IMG/VR virus record: IMGVR_UViG_3300043772_002095
Length of the DNA: 60,567 nt
Strand: one strand, 5' to 3'
DNA from: an uncultured virus (IMG/VR IMGVR_UViG_3300043772_002095)
Lineage: Duplodnaviria; Heunggongvirae; Uroviricota; Caudoviricetes
A program made the position numbers and the translations under genes. The notes under the pieces are model-generated. The model searched no databases, was not told where the DNA came from, and worked only from the letters and a program-made list of their open reading frames with translations. This document shows positions 1 through 10,199 of this stretch, in pieces (position 1 is the stretch's first letter; each line of letters opens with the position of its first letter).

Positions 1-1
1 T

Positions 2-1918
2 TATTATAACCCTAATATTACTGATACTTGTGTTTGTACCGCAACAACAACGACTACTACCACAATACCAATAACGACTACCACAACCACATTTAATCCT
101 TGTTCACCTACCACTACAACAACGACAACGATTGAGCCGACAACCACAACAACGACAACAGAACCTTTTATACCAACACCACCTGTGGATTGTGTTATGA
201 ATGTCGATAGTTGCCATCCAATGATGACGTATAGAATAATCTCAATATGTAATAATGAGGTTACTTTAGATAGACCAACACCAAATTTATCAATTTTAGG
301 TGGAGATTGTTATGTTAGAGCTTTGGTATATCCACCAAATATGACCACCATTTATGATAGCACGGTACCAACATATAATGCTGGGGTAATAGACTTTCAA
401 TCAGAATGTAACGCGGGGGTAACATTTACAAATGTGTGGAATATGAACATTCCTTGGTCCGAAAATCCGGCAGGATTGAATCCGTCATTTTATGCTGGTT
501 ATACGAAATTTGGATCGATAAATTATTTGGGTTCTAAAGAATATTTTGGTTACTCTAATAGTAATGGTCAAAATGATACCGATTATGTTTATTATTATAA
601 TTCTTTAGGAGAAATAGTATTTGTTGAACCTAAAGAACAAAAAGCAATATCGATAGTTCATTATACCAATAATTCACCTGGTTTATATTATGGTGAAAAA
701 TTTGCGTTAGAGCCTTTTGATCAAGATAATCCTGGTAATACGGGACAGGCTAGAAATTTTAGAGTTCATATACCTTGGATTATGTGGCACAAAAACCCTG
801 AATGTTGTTATGGTCAAACATTTTGGGTTGACCCTCCAGGATTTGAGAATCTTAATCTGTTTCAAGTTTATTATTTAGAATCTAATAAAAATTTAGATAT
901 GAATAATCCCGGACATAGATATTATCACTTATGGGATACAAATGCTAATGATAGCAACGGAAGACCTAATAGAGTTGGTAAAGTATTTCCTGACCAAAAA
1001 ATGATTATTTTTGATGATGAAGAAATAATTGCCGCTATGTCTTATAAATCTAATAGAAATTGGACATTACCGGCACCAAAATTAGGGTTAATAACGCCAA
1101 ATGTTTGCGGAACATTAGGTAATTCAACAGGAATTCTACTTAATAGTGACGAATATTTGTATGTAACTTACAGATTTAATGATGACATTTTTTGTTTAAA
1201 TTCATTACATTGTAATTATTATACTAAAATTCAAGGACCGAATATTGATTGTACTAATTTAAGTTCTCAAAATGTTACTTTACAATTCGGACCCGAATTT
1301 AATTGTTTAAAACAACCATTTTCACCTTATGTCACAACAACTACAACATATGAACCATTAACCACAACAACAACATTATGTCCAACTTCTTGTGATACTA
1401 TTGAGGGTTATTACGCTAATAAATTTGAGATATTAGTACAAAAAGTTTCTGGAACCGGTAGACCTGACTCTTCTTTATGGAAAGTAATTGATTTTACCGA
1501 TCAATTAGATTCAACTATGATTAATGGTTATATAACTCAAGACGGATTAACTCAAAACACTTTTGTAATAACTAAAGATTTATACGATAGTGCTCCATTA
1601 TATAATTTGAATGATTATATAACTCTAACACCGGCCAATTATAGTGGAACATCACTTAACTTTGGAGACGAGTATTATTTTTACGGTTCAATTGAGGCCG
1701 ATATTGAGGCGACAATTTATGAAATGAGATATAAAGTAAATTTGAGTCAGACAGAATTTCAAACGCCTTCTAACCCTACTTGGAACGTTAGCGAACGTAG
1801 ATTTATTACCGAAATTGGTCTTTACGATAACGAAAAAAATCTTATGATTATATCTAAGATGCAATCACCTGTTTTAAGACAGGGAACTCAGCAATTCTTA
1901 GTAAAATTAGATTTTTAA
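2..1918 (+). CDS. Large virion structural protein (tail/baseplate-associated), 5' end outside window
   Basis: Frame stays open from position 2 through the track start at 185. Poly-Thr tracts. C-terminal 'FITEIGLYDNEKNLMIISK' resembles the tail-collar/baseplate ITEIGLYD motif. Confidence 0.6.
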   Translation, partial: YYNPNITDTCVCTATTTTTTTIPITTTTTTFNPCSPTTTTTTTIEPTTTTTTTEPFIPTPPVDCVMNVDSCHPMMTYRIISICNNEVTLDRPTPNLSILGGDCYVRALVYPPNMTTIYDSTVPTYNAGVIDFQSECNAGVTFTNVWNMNIPWSENPAGLNPSFYAGYTKFGSINYLGSKEYFGYSNSNGQNDTDYVYYYNSLGEIVFVEPKEQKAISIVHYTNNSPGLYYGEKFALEPFDQDNPGNTGQARNFRVHIPWIMWHKNPECCYGQTFWVDPPGFENLNLFQVYYLESNKNLDMNNPGHRYYHLWDTNANDSNGRPNRVGKVFPDQKMIIFDDEEIIAAMSYKSNRNWTLPAPKLGLITPNVCGTLGNSTGILLNSDEYLYVTYRFNDDIFCLNSLHCNYYTKIQGPNIDCTNLSSQNVTLQFGPEFNCLKQPFSPYVTTTTTYEPLTTTTTLCPTSCDTIEGYYANKFEILVQKVSGTGRPDSSLWKVIDFTDQLDSTMINGYITQDGLTQNTFVITKDLYDSAPLYNLNDYITLTPANYSGTSLNFGDEYYFYGSIEADIEATIYEMRYKVNLSQTEFQTPSNPTWNVSERRFITEIGLYDNEKNLMIISKMQSPVLRQGTQQFLVKLDF

Positions 1919-1919
1919 T

Positions 1920-2519
1920 ATGAGAAAAAATTTAAAGCAAAGTCCTAAAGTATTAGGGCTTGACATTTCCACTAGCACTATTGGTTGGGCATTATTCGAT
2001 ATTCAAACAAAAGAATTATTAGAATTAACTCACATTTCCCCTAAACCAAAACCAAAAGAAGATGATAAAATAAAAGAACTTCTTTTAAAGAGCGACATTT
2101 TTAAAACAAAATTAATACAATATACTGATTTAGGAATCACTAAGGTTATTATAGAAGAACCTTTACTTAATTCTAACAATATCTATACAATACAAACCTT
2201 ATTAAGGTTCAATAGTTTTCTATGTAAACTCATTTATGATTCTTTAGGTATTGTTCCTGAATTCATATCAACGTATAATTCAAGAAAAAATGCTTTTCCA
2301 CATTTGGTTCAACAAAATCAAAAGGGTAAATTTGTATTATTTGGCGGATATCCAAAAGATTGTGATAAAAAACAAATAATTTGGGATTTAGTCGCTAAAA
2401 GAGAACCACAAATACAATGGCAATATACCAAAAACAATACTCTTAAAAAAGAAAATTTCGACCAATCCGATGCTTATTGTTGTGTTTTAGGTTATATGAA
2501 ACAAGAAAAAATTTGGTGA
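1920..2519 (+). CDS. RuvC-like Holliday junction resolvase
   Basis: N-terminal 'VLGLDISTSTIGWA', 'IIEEP' and C-terminal 'DQSDA' match the RuvC acidic catalytic pattern. Confidence 0.8.
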   Translation: MRKNLKQSPKVLGLDISTSTIGWALFDIQTKELLELTHISPKPKPKEDDKIKELLLKSDIFKTKLIQYTDLGITKVIIEEPLLNSNNIYTIQTLLRFNSFLCKLIYDSLGIVPEFISTYNSRKNAFPHLVQQNQKGKFVLFGGYPKDCDKKQIIWDLVAKREPQIQWQYTKNNTLKKENFDQSDAYCCVLGYMKQEKIW

Positions 2520-2538
2520 TTATTTAGTCACCATTTTT

Positions 2539-3498
2539 TTAATCGGGAGGAGAGTAACAAGGCACTTCAAATAAATATTCCTCAAGTTCGCTAGAAATAA
2601 AATTAAAATCTTCAGTACCTAACACACAAAAATCGGGAGATGTTGTTGTGGTGGTAGTTGTTGGTGGTATACATTTATCACAATCACCTAAGTTAGAATA
2701 ACCAATAGGACCTTCAACTAATAAAATATTATTAACACCTGTATTACAAGTATTTTGACCTAAATAGGATATACATCTTGATTCTCCATTAACTATTGAC
2801 CTAAAAATCATAAATTTAGTTATAGTATCTCCACTTGGAGTTGCAATTGGAATTGGTGCGTATAATAATTCGCCAGTAAAACAATCTTGAAATTGTTCAC
2901 TAAGAGGATCACCATCAAGAGCGGGACATTCAATAATAGAATTTATAGTATTAAAAGTGACATCACCAAAAAATATACAATCTCTAACTACAGGAGCTAT
3001 TGTGGTTGTAGATGTGGTTGTGGTTGATGTTGGAATCGGATCAACATATTCGGCTATTGCGTTAACACCAACACCAACACATACGGTTGGAGGGGTTGTA
3101 GTCGTTGTGGTAGTTGTTGAAGTTGATGTAGTGGTTGTTGTAGGTGGAACATAACAATCAAAATACGCGTCAAAGTCAAAATCATTACAAGGATTGGTTG
3201 TTGTTGTCGTAGTTGTCGGACAATCACCAGAACTAAATAAAAATGGTGATAAATTAGGACAACTATTTGGTGACGGTGATGGTCCTGATAATAAACAAGC
3301 ACCCCCTAAAGTTGTGGATAAACACCATTGAGTTGTTGCACTATTATAATATATATAATATCCGTTACTTGATCCCGTCCAGTATAACTCACCATCGTAT
3401 GACGGTACGGTTGAACCCGTGTTAGCACTATAAACATCATCCCATATGGAATCAGTTCCTTGTATACAATATGTGGACGAACATCCTGTTGTTACCAT
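2539..3498 (-). CDS. Thr/Cys-rich putative virion protein
   Basis: 319 aa with several poly-Thr tracts; directly downstream of 3501-3725 on the same strand. Confidence 0.6.
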   Translation of the reverse strand: MVTTGCSSTYCIQGTDSIWDDVYSANTGSTVPSYDGELYWTGSSNGYYIYYNSATTQWCLSTTLGGACLLSGPSPSPNSCPNLSPFLFSSGDCPTTTTTTTNPCNDFDFDAYFDCYVPPTTTTTSTSTTTTTTTTPPTVCVGVGVNAIAEYVDPIPTSTTTTSTTTIAPVVRDCIFFGDVTFNTINSIIECPALDGDPLSEQFQDCFTGELLYAPIPIATPSGDTITKFMIFRSIVNGESRCISYLGQNTCNTGVNNILLVEGPIGYSNLGDCDKCIPPTTTTTTTSPDFCVLGTEDFNFISSELEEYLFEVPCYSPPD

Positions 3499-3500
3499 AA

Positions 3501-3725
3501 TTAGCTAACTATTAAATATGTGTAAAATTCACACTCATTACTATCCACAATTTTTAAATTGAATGAGAGATTATCTTCAACAATTGCGGGAACATTAAAC
3601 ACATAAGGTATTGAACCAGTTGTTATAGTATCTATATAAAAACAACTAGTAATTGGGTCGTCGCACAAATATACATCGTATGGAGACAATCCAGTTATTG
3701 AATTTATGGTTATTTGTACCGGCAT
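3501..3725 (-). CDS. Small beta-rich hypothetical protein (putative virion)
   Basis: 74-aa ORF preceded by the ATATTTAT motif (ATAAATAT on + at 3739-3746). Confidence 0.65.
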   Translation of the reverse strand: MPVQITINSITGLSPYDVYLCDDPITSCFYIDTITTGSIPYVFNVPAIVEDNLSFNLKIVDSNECEFYTYLIVS

Positions 3726-3805
3726 TTATTTATCATTAATAAATATAGAAGAATGAAAAATCTTGTGAAGTTTGAAATATTAATATTTTTTACTATATTT
3801 TAGAT

Positions 3806-4705
3806 ATGGACGAATTTCAAAGCGTTGTTGATTTAATAAGTGAATTTTTAGGGAGACCAAAAAAAATATATGAGAATCAATCTCAGGTTTCTTGGAACTG
3901 CCCAATATGTGACGAAGGTAAAAATAAAGGTAATCTTGAGATTAATATCGATAAATCTGTATTTCATTGTTGGTCTTGCGGGGATAGTGACGGTACTCAC
4001 GGAACTTTAGGTAAATTATTTGATAAATTCGGTAATAAAAAACAAAAAAAAATGTATGGTATTTTAAAGCCTGAAACCGTACAAATTAAAGAAGTAAAAA
4101 AGGTTAAATTAAAATTACCTGAATCATTCGTTAAATTTTCAGACTCAAGCCCAATATATCCCGTGAGAAAACAGGCGTATAATTACCTAAAAAGTAGAGG
4201 TATTACTGATGGTATGATAGAAAAGTATGATATCGGTTTTTGTGATAGTGGTTCTCATTCGGGTAGGATAGTTGTTCCATCATATAATAATGAGGATGAA
4301 TTAAATTATTATATCGCCAGAAGTTGGGATCCAAAATCGCGAGCCAAATACAAAAATCCGCAAGAAGAAAAAGACAAAATTATATTTTGGGAAAATCATA
4401 TTAATTGGAATGAAGACATACATCTTGTCGAAGGCGTTTTTGACGGACTATTTTTACCGAATTCAATTCCAATGTTGGGGAAACATATGTCGTCACTTTT
4501 ATTTGAGAATCTATATAATAAATCCAAAGGGAATATTATTATTTGTTTAGATGCTGATGCGTGGGAAAACGCGAAAAAACTTTATCACGAATTGAATGGT
4601 GGAGAGTTATATGGTAGGATAAAAATAATAAAATTAATGGATGACAAAGATGTTTGTGATTTAAAAGGTGAGATTAATGACTATTATGTTAATATTAAAG
4701 ATTGA
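3806..4705 (+). CDS. DNA primase (Zn finger + TOPRIM)
   Basis: CPIC...FHCWSC zinc finger; 'GRIVVP', 'KYKNP'; TOPRIM 'LVEGVFD' and 'LDAD'. Confidence 0.9.
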   Translation: MDEFQSVVDLISEFLGRPKKIYENQSQVSWNCPICDEGKNKGNLEINIDKSVFHCWSCGDSDGTHGTLGKLFDKFGNKKQKKMYGILKPETVQIKEVKKVKLKLPESFVKFSDSSPIYPVRKQAYNYLKSRGITDGMIEKYDIGFCDSGSHSGRIVVPSYNNEDELNYYIARSWDPKSRAKYKNPQEEKDKIIFWENHINWNEDIHLVEGVFDGLFLPNSIPMLGKHMSSLLFENLYNKSKGNIIICLDADAWENAKKLYHELNGGELYGRIKIIKLMDDKDVCDLKGEINDYYVNIKD

Positions 4706-5568
4706 TGGATTTAAAAATTATTGCACAAGAAATTAGGGAAATTTTACAAAAAAGAAGAGACAACCTAGACCTCACATTTGAGGAAGAATTACATAAGTAT
4801 AGTATGAGAGACACTAAAGGAGTCATTAAAGGTGACTGGCCTTCAGTTTCAAAGGTTTTAAAATCTTTCTACCAAGAATTCCCAACAGATGAAGCCGCAG
4901 AAAAGAAAAGTAAGGGAGACCCTGTTTTAAAAGAAAAGTTAATTAAAGAATGGGCGGAAGCAGGGACATACTCAACTAATATGGGTAGTAGAGTTCATTT
5001 TATGTTAGAAAAAAAATCTTTAGAGTTGTTTGATTATATGAAACTTATTAGACAACCAATATTTGAGTGCGATTTTACTCAAATATTAAAAAGTGATTCT
5101 ATGATTCATGCGGGGACTAACTTTCTTAATTTAATGAAAGAACGAGGAGCGGTTTTATTAGATACTGAGATTGTATTAGGTGACCCTGAACTTGGATATA
5201 CCGGACAGGGAGATACTGCTTGGCTAATCAAAAATAAAACAAATGATGATTGGGGGTTTATAATTACAGATTACAAAACAAACAAAAAGAAAAATTTTGA
5301 GGAAAATCAGTTCACTAAAAGAATGTATTATCCATTTACCAATCAACCAAACAACGCTTTAGGTCATTACTTCGTACAATTACCATTATACGGAAAATTA
5401 TTACTTAAAATGTTAAAAGGAACAAAATTTGAAGATAAAAAATTATATGGTTGTATAATCGTTCATTTAAAAGATGATTCACAATTTGAAGAATACAGAG
5501 TCCCTAAAGAAGTTGTAGGTACCGTATTAGATATGGACGTTAAAAAATATTTGACAAGTAAGAAATAA
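4702..5568 (+). CDS. PD-(D/E)xK exonuclease (Cas4/RecB-like phage family)
   Basis: 'GSRVH', 'TEIVL', 'GQGD', 'ITDYKT', 'YFVQLPLY' motifs. Confidence 0.75.
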   Translation: MMDLKIIAQEIREILQKRRDNLDLTFEEELHKYSMRDTKGVIKGDWPSVSKVLKSFYQEFPTDEAAEKKSKGDPVLKEKLIKEWAEAGTYSTNMGSRVHFMLEKKSLELFDYMKLIRQPIFECDFTQILKSDSMIHAGTNFLNLMKERGAVLLDTEIVLGDPELGYTGQGDTAWLIKNKTNDDWGFIITDYKTNKKKNFEENQFTKRMYYPFTNQPNNALGHYFVQLPLYGKLLLKMLKGTKFEDKKLYGCIIVHLKDDSQFEEYRVPKEVVGTVLDMDVKKYLTSKK

Positions 5569-5585
5569 ATTTATATATTTGTGTT

Positions 5586-5801
5586 ATGGAAAATATAGGA
5601 GGACCTAAAATAGATTTAAAAGAACAACCAACCGTTGTTTGTGAAAACCCTGAATGTGGGTCAAAATTCTTTAAAGAAGTTGTTTTAATTAAAAAAGTAT
5701 CAAAATTAATGACTGGAAGTAGCGAAGATACACTAGTACCGTTCCCAACTTATATGTGTAATAGTTGTAGTCACGTTAACAAAGATTTTGAATTATTCTA
5801 A
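5586..5801 (+). CDS. Small Zn-ribbon protein
   Basis: CENPEC and CNSC Cys pairs; TATATTTG box ends 4 nt before the ATG. Confidence 0.7.
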   Translation: MENIGGPKIDLKEQPTVVCENPECGSKFFKEVVLIKKVSKLMTGSSEDTLVPFPTYMCNSCSHVNKDFELF

Positions 5802-5806
5802 AATTT

Positions 5807-6589
5807 ATGATTAAAAAAATTGTTCACTTCTCAGATTTACATTTGAGGTTATTTAAGGATCATGATTTGTATCGTAAAATATTAACCGATATGTTAAATC
5901 AGTTTAGAGAAATTAAACCCGATAGAGTTATCTTCACTGGAGATTTATTACATTCAAAAAATAATATTAGTCCGGAATTAATTGAAATCTCGGTTTGGTT
6001 ATTAAATGAATGCTCTAAGATTAGTAAAACAATATTAATTTTTGGGAATCACGATGGACTTGTCAACAACAATCAAAGACTTGATAGTATAACACCAATC
6101 GTTGAATCAATGAGAAACCCAAATGTTGTTTATTACAAAGATAGAGGTATCTATGAGGATGAAAATGTTTCTTGGTGTGTATATTCTCAGTTTCAAGGAA
6201 ATATACCACCTGAAATATCTGAAGCTAAAGGTATTAAAGTAGGGTTATTTCACGGACCTGTGCAAGGACTTAAAACTGATTTAGGTTATGACTTTGGAGA
6301 CCATGCTTATGATGTTGAAAAGTTTAAAGGACTTGACATTGTATTATGTGGAGACATCCATAAGAGAAGTAGTTTTACAATACCTAACGGTAAAAAAGGT
6401 GAAATGATTGGATCGGTAATACAACAAAACTATGGAGAAGACATATATAATCACGGATACGGAATATTAGACATTCAAACATTAATTTACGAAACAAGAA
6501 ATTTGTCTAATCCAAAACCATTCCTATCTTTCAATATAAATTCTTTCGATGATATTATAAATGGAACAGAAAAACTCGCAAACATTTAA
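5807..6589 (+). CDS. Mre11/SbcD-like metallophosphoesterase nuclease (gp47-like)
   Basis: 'SDLH', 'TGD', 'GNHD', 'FHG', 'GDIH' motifs; Rad50-like gene nearby. Confidence 0.85.
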   Translation: MIKKIVHFSDLHLRLFKDHDLYRKILTDMLNQFREIKPDRVIFTGDLLHSKNNISPELIEISVWLLNECSKISKTILIFGNHDGLVNNNQRLDSITPIVESMRNPNVVYYKDRGIYEDENVSWCVYSQFQGNIPPEISEAKGIKVGLFHGPVQGLKTDLGYDFGDHAYDVEKFKGLDIVLCGDIHKRSSFTIPNGKKGEMIGSVIQQNYGEDIYNHGYGILDIQTLIYETRNLSNPKPFLSFNINSFDDIINGTEKLANI

Positions 6590-7196
6590 AATAGAGTTAA
6601 AAAACTTTAAAGAAGTTTATGATTATTGTTATCTTAATCAGATAATTGATATGAATTCGTTTGTTAATAAATGTTTTAAACAAGGGTTTGACATTCAAAA
6701 ATACGGAATGTTGGGTGGAGAAACACCACCCCAAGTCAAACCTGAAGTCGTAGAAAAGATTGTTGAGGTTGAGAAAATAGTTGAAGTCCCTGTTGATAGA
6801 ATTGTTGAAACGATTAAAGAAGTTGAAGTGATAAAATATGTTGATAAAGAAGTAATTAAGGAAGTTCCTGTTGAAAAAATTGTCTCAAAAATAGAATATA
6901 TTTACGACAAAACTGAACCTCAAATCATAGAGAAAGAAGTAATTAAAGAAGTTGAGAAAATAGTTGAAGTTCCTGTAGAAAAAGAGGTTATTAAGGAAAT
7001 AATAAAAGAAGTTCCTAGTAATGATTCAGATGAAAAAATAAAAATGTTGCAAAATACTTTGTTGAATCAGAAAAAAGAACTAACTTTGAAAACTCAAAAG
7101 ATTAGTGAACTTGAAGAAAAAATAAAACAATTAGAAAATTTAACAATAAACCAAGGGGCTGTATATATGAGAAGCTCCAATTTATATAAAGATTAA
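6561..7196 (+). CDS. Coiled-coil protein with VEK/VIKE repeats
   Basis: Repeated EVEKIVEVP / KEVIKEV units. Confidence 0.7.
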   Translation: MEQKNSQTFKIELKNFKEVYDYCYLNQIIDMNSFVNKCFKQGFDIQKYGMLGGETPPQVKPEVVEKIVEVEKIVEVPVDRIVETIKEVEVIKYVDKEVIKEVPVEKIVSKIEYIYDKTEPQIIEKEVIKEVEKIVEVPVEKEVIKEIIKEVPSNDSDEKIKMLQNTLLNQKKELTLKTQKISELEEKIKQLENLTINQGAVYMRSSNLYKD

Positions 7197-7201
7197 ACAA
7201 T

Positions 7202-7558
7202 ATGATAACAAAATTAATAGTTTGGTTCATTTTAAGTTACGGACTTATGAACATAATGGTATTTGGAAGTATATTCCAAGGATTTAGGGATTTTTTTAAC
7301 AGATGGGGGTCTAATTCATTCGCATCATTCCAAGGAGTTGGGATTTTTATATCGGGAATATTAAGTTGTCCTATGTGTTTTTCCACTTGGAGCGGTTTTG
7401 TGTTAAGTTTATTGATTTATTCTCCCACACATAATTTATTTTTACTACCTTTGTGGTGTTCTTGGTTTTTTGATGGTATTTTATCATCTGGAGCGGTATG
7501 GGCGATAAATTCGATAATTGAGTGGTTTGAAGAAAATAGACCAAATAATAACAACTAA
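7202..7558 (+). CDS. Membrane protein, DUF1360-like
   Basis: Hydrophobic segments around 'LSCPMCFSTW'. Confidence 0.55.
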   Translation: MITKLIVWFILSYGLMNIMVFGSIFQGFRDFFNRWGSNSFASFQGVGIFISGILSCPMCFSTWSGFVLSLLIYSPTHNLFLLPLWCSWFFDGILSSGAVWAINSIIEWFEENRPNNNN

Positions 7559-7569
7559 ATATAAATAAG

Positions 7570-7794
7570 ATGGCAAAATCAAGATTAAGAGGAGGGGCTA
7601 AGGCTCACAGAAAAAGAGTTCAGAAAAGAAACGAAAAAATGGGGCTTATGAAAAAACAATTTGAGAAGAAGTATAGTAAATTACTTGAAGAACAAATGAC
7701 CCTACTCAAAGAAAAAATGGAGCAAGAAGCTGCTAAGTCTAATGATGAAACGACTGAAGAAACACAAACAACAGAAGGATCCGAATCAGCTTAA
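7570..7794 (+). CDS. Small hypothetical protein with basic N-terminus
   Basis: 74-aa ORF in operon context. Confidence 0.65.
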   Translation: MAKSRLRGGAKAHRKRVQKRNEKMGLMKKQFEKKYSKLLEEQMTLLKEKMEQEAAKSNDETTEETQTTEGSESA

Positions 7795-10165
7795 TTTGTT
7801 TTTAAAACCTGTTGAATTTAATTATAAGATAATGAGTAAAGAATTGGACTATACGACTTTAGATAATCCCTACATTCGAGTTATTTGGGAAGATTATTCA
7901 GAAAATTTCACACAAGAAAAAATTAAAAGTGTTAGACATTATTTTCAGAAAAAATACAACTCAACTAATGTTAATGTAATTACAAAGACAAAGAAAACTG
8001 AGGAAACTGAAAATACTAATGTAGATATTTCTTTTAACATTCTCGATAAGAATTACCAACTTGAATTGGTTAAATCATATCTAATATCTAAGGGTAACGA
8101 AGATTTAATTGATGAGATTGTAAAGATAGATTCTTTAGTTGATAATAAAATATCTTTAGAAGACAATGAAGCAACACCATTTAAAAAATGGTATATTAAA
8201 AACATTGAGTTTTCAAACTTTTTATCTTATGGTGAAAATCAAAAAATAGATTTTGATAAATGTAGTGGGATAAATGTTGTAGAATCTAACCCACCTAATT
8301 TTGGAGGTAAGACGGTTCTAACGGTTGACCTACTACTTTTTCTTTTCTTTAATGAAACCACAAAGACAACTAAGGCAGAAGAAATCTTTAATAGATTTAC
8401 AGACAAGAATAAGGTTTTTGTTAAAGGTGAGATTACTATTGATGGTGAAGAATATATAATAGTAAGACAATTAGAGAGAAAAAAATCAAAATCAAATGAA
8501 TGGAGTGTAAAGACCGAATTGGATTTCTTTAAAAAGTTATCCGATGGGTCTTTACAAAACTTCACAGGTGAACAAAGAAGAGAAACTGAGGAATTCATCA
8601 AAACTTCTATCGGCTCTAAAGAAGATTTCTTAATGACTATCTTAACAACCGCAACAAACCTTGAAGATTTAATCGATTCAAAACCCACCGCAAGAGGACA
8701 GGTATTATCTAGGTTTATGGGATTAGACTTCTTAAAAAGAAAAGAAGAGGTCGGAAAAGAACTATATTCTGATTTCTCAAAATCAATGATATCAAATGTT
8801 TATAGTAGTGAAAAATTAAAGTCGGATAATGAGACATTTGAAAATAACATTATTGAGTTAAAAAATTCAAATGATGAGTTGAATAATAATTTAAAGGATA
8901 TTAATGAAAGATTAGGTAAGGGTAAAGAATATCGAGACCAATTATTAAGTAAAAAGAACGATGACATTGATAAAGAAATTAGTCTTTTAAAACCTGAAGA
9001 AATTAAAGAGGAGATTAAAGGACTTGATTCCAAAAAAGATTCTACCGAAAAACTTTTAAAAGAATTAAAAGTAGTTGAACCATCAGAATTTTATCACGAA
9101 GATAAACACGATAAAATTAAGGAAGAGCATAACATCCAACTTAAAAATAAGATAGAGGTTGAGACAAAGATAAAAGATATTGAGGAACTTCAAGAGTCGG
9201 TTAGTGGTGGTATTAAATGTGAACATTGTGGTATTGAGTTAATGAACGCGGCTATTACTCAAAACAAGATTAATGAACTTGCAGGATTTATCACGCATAA
9301 AACCCAAATTGAAGGGTTAATGCAGGATTTATCACGCAAAGATATTGAGTTTGTTAAACTTAAAAAAGAGTTTGATGAGTATGAAAAGAACAAACTTATT
9401 AAAGAAAAATATGAACTAAGTATTGAATCGTTTCAATTAAAAGTTGGCACCTTAAATGAAAAATTAAAAAAATATTACGAAGTCCAAGACAAAATTGCGG
9501 AAAATGCTAAGATAAGTTCATTGTTAATGAAGGCTAATGTTAGGTTAGACGAACTTGAATTTGAAAAAAATTCAACGGATAAGAAAATAAATGATAACTT
9601 ATCACAGATAAATTCGTATAACATTAAAATAAAGGAGAATCTAAATAAAATAGCATTAATATCCGAAGAATCTATAAAAGAGAAATATTATAAAATTTAT
9701 TTGGAAATTTATGGTAAAAATGGGATATCTAAAATGATAATGAGAACAATGATGCCATTAATAAATTCTGAATTACAAAGATTGATGGAGAATAGTGCTC
9801 ACTTTAGATTGGAAATTAGAATTAACGATAAAAACGAGGTTGAATTCATTATGATTGACAATAATACTCAAGTTGAAAAATTAATGGTTTCAGGTTCAGG
9901 TTATGAAAGAACAATAGCGTCATTGGCATTAAGAGCGGTTTTAAGTAAAATATGTTCATTACCAAAACCAAATTTGGTAGTATTTGACGAAGTTTTTGGT
10001 AAAATTTCTAATGAAAATCTTGATATGGTATCAGAATTTTTCAGTAAAATAAAGGAATATTTTGAAAAAATCTTCTTAATCACTCATAATCCGATGGTTA
10101 CAAATTGGGCGGATAATGTGATAAAAATTAAAAAAGAAGATAATATTAGTTTGGTGGATCAATAA
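7742..10165 (+). CDS. Rad50/SbcC-like SMC ATPase (gp46-like); exact start uncertain
   Basis: 'IEFSNFLSYG', Walker A-like 'NFGGKT', long coiled coil with CEHC zinc hook, 'SGSGYE' signature, Walker B 'VVFDEVF', 'LITH'. Confidence 0.9.
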   Translation: MMKRLKKHKQQKDPNQLNLFLKPVEFNYKIMSKELDYTTLDNPYIRVIWEDYSENFTQEKIKSVRHYFQKKYNSTNVNVITKTKKTEETENTNVDISFNILDKNYQLELVKSYLISKGNEDLIDEIVKIDSLVDNKISLEDNEATPFKKWYIKNIEFSNFLSYGENQKIDFDKCSGINVVESNPPNFGGKTVLTVDLLLFLFFNETTKTTKAEEIFNRFTDKNKVFVKGEITIDGEEYIIVRQLERKKSKSNEWSVKTELDFFKKLSDGSLQNFTGEQRRETEEFIKTSIGSKEDFLMTILTTATNLEDLIDSKPTARGQVLSRFMGLDFLKRKEEVGKELYSDFSKSMISNVYSSEKLKSDNETFENNIIELKNSNDELNNNLKDINERLGKGKEYRDQLLSKKNDDIDKEISLLKPEEIKEEIKGLDSKKDSTEKLLKELKVVEPSEFYHEDKHDKIKEEHNIQLKNKIEVETKIKDIEELQESVSGGIKCEHCGIELMNAAITQNKINELAGFITHKTQIEGLMQDLSRKDIEFVKLKKEFDEYEKNKLIKEKYELSIESFQLKVGTLNEKLKKYYEVQDKIAENAKISSLLMKANVRLDELEFEKNSTDKKINDNLSQINSYNIKIKENLNKIALISEESIKEKYYKIYLEIYGKNGISKMIMRTMMPLINSELQRLMENSAHFRLEIRINDKNEVEFIMIDNNTQVEKLMVSGSGYERTIASLALRAVLSKICSLPKPNLVVFDEVFGKISNENLDMVSEFFSKIKEYFEKIFLITHNPMVTNWADNVIKIKKEDNISLVDQ

Positions 10166-10199
10166 AAATTTTGTATCTTTGTATTATAAATAGAAAAAT

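Noticed and set aside
40..170. ACA/ACN tandem DNA repeat
   Set aside because: It is a coding poly-Thr tract with varied third positions, not a DNA-level repeat.
4702..5568. Cas4 as part of a CRISPR-Cas locus
   Set aside because: It lacks the four-Cys cluster and sits in a replication block next to the primase.
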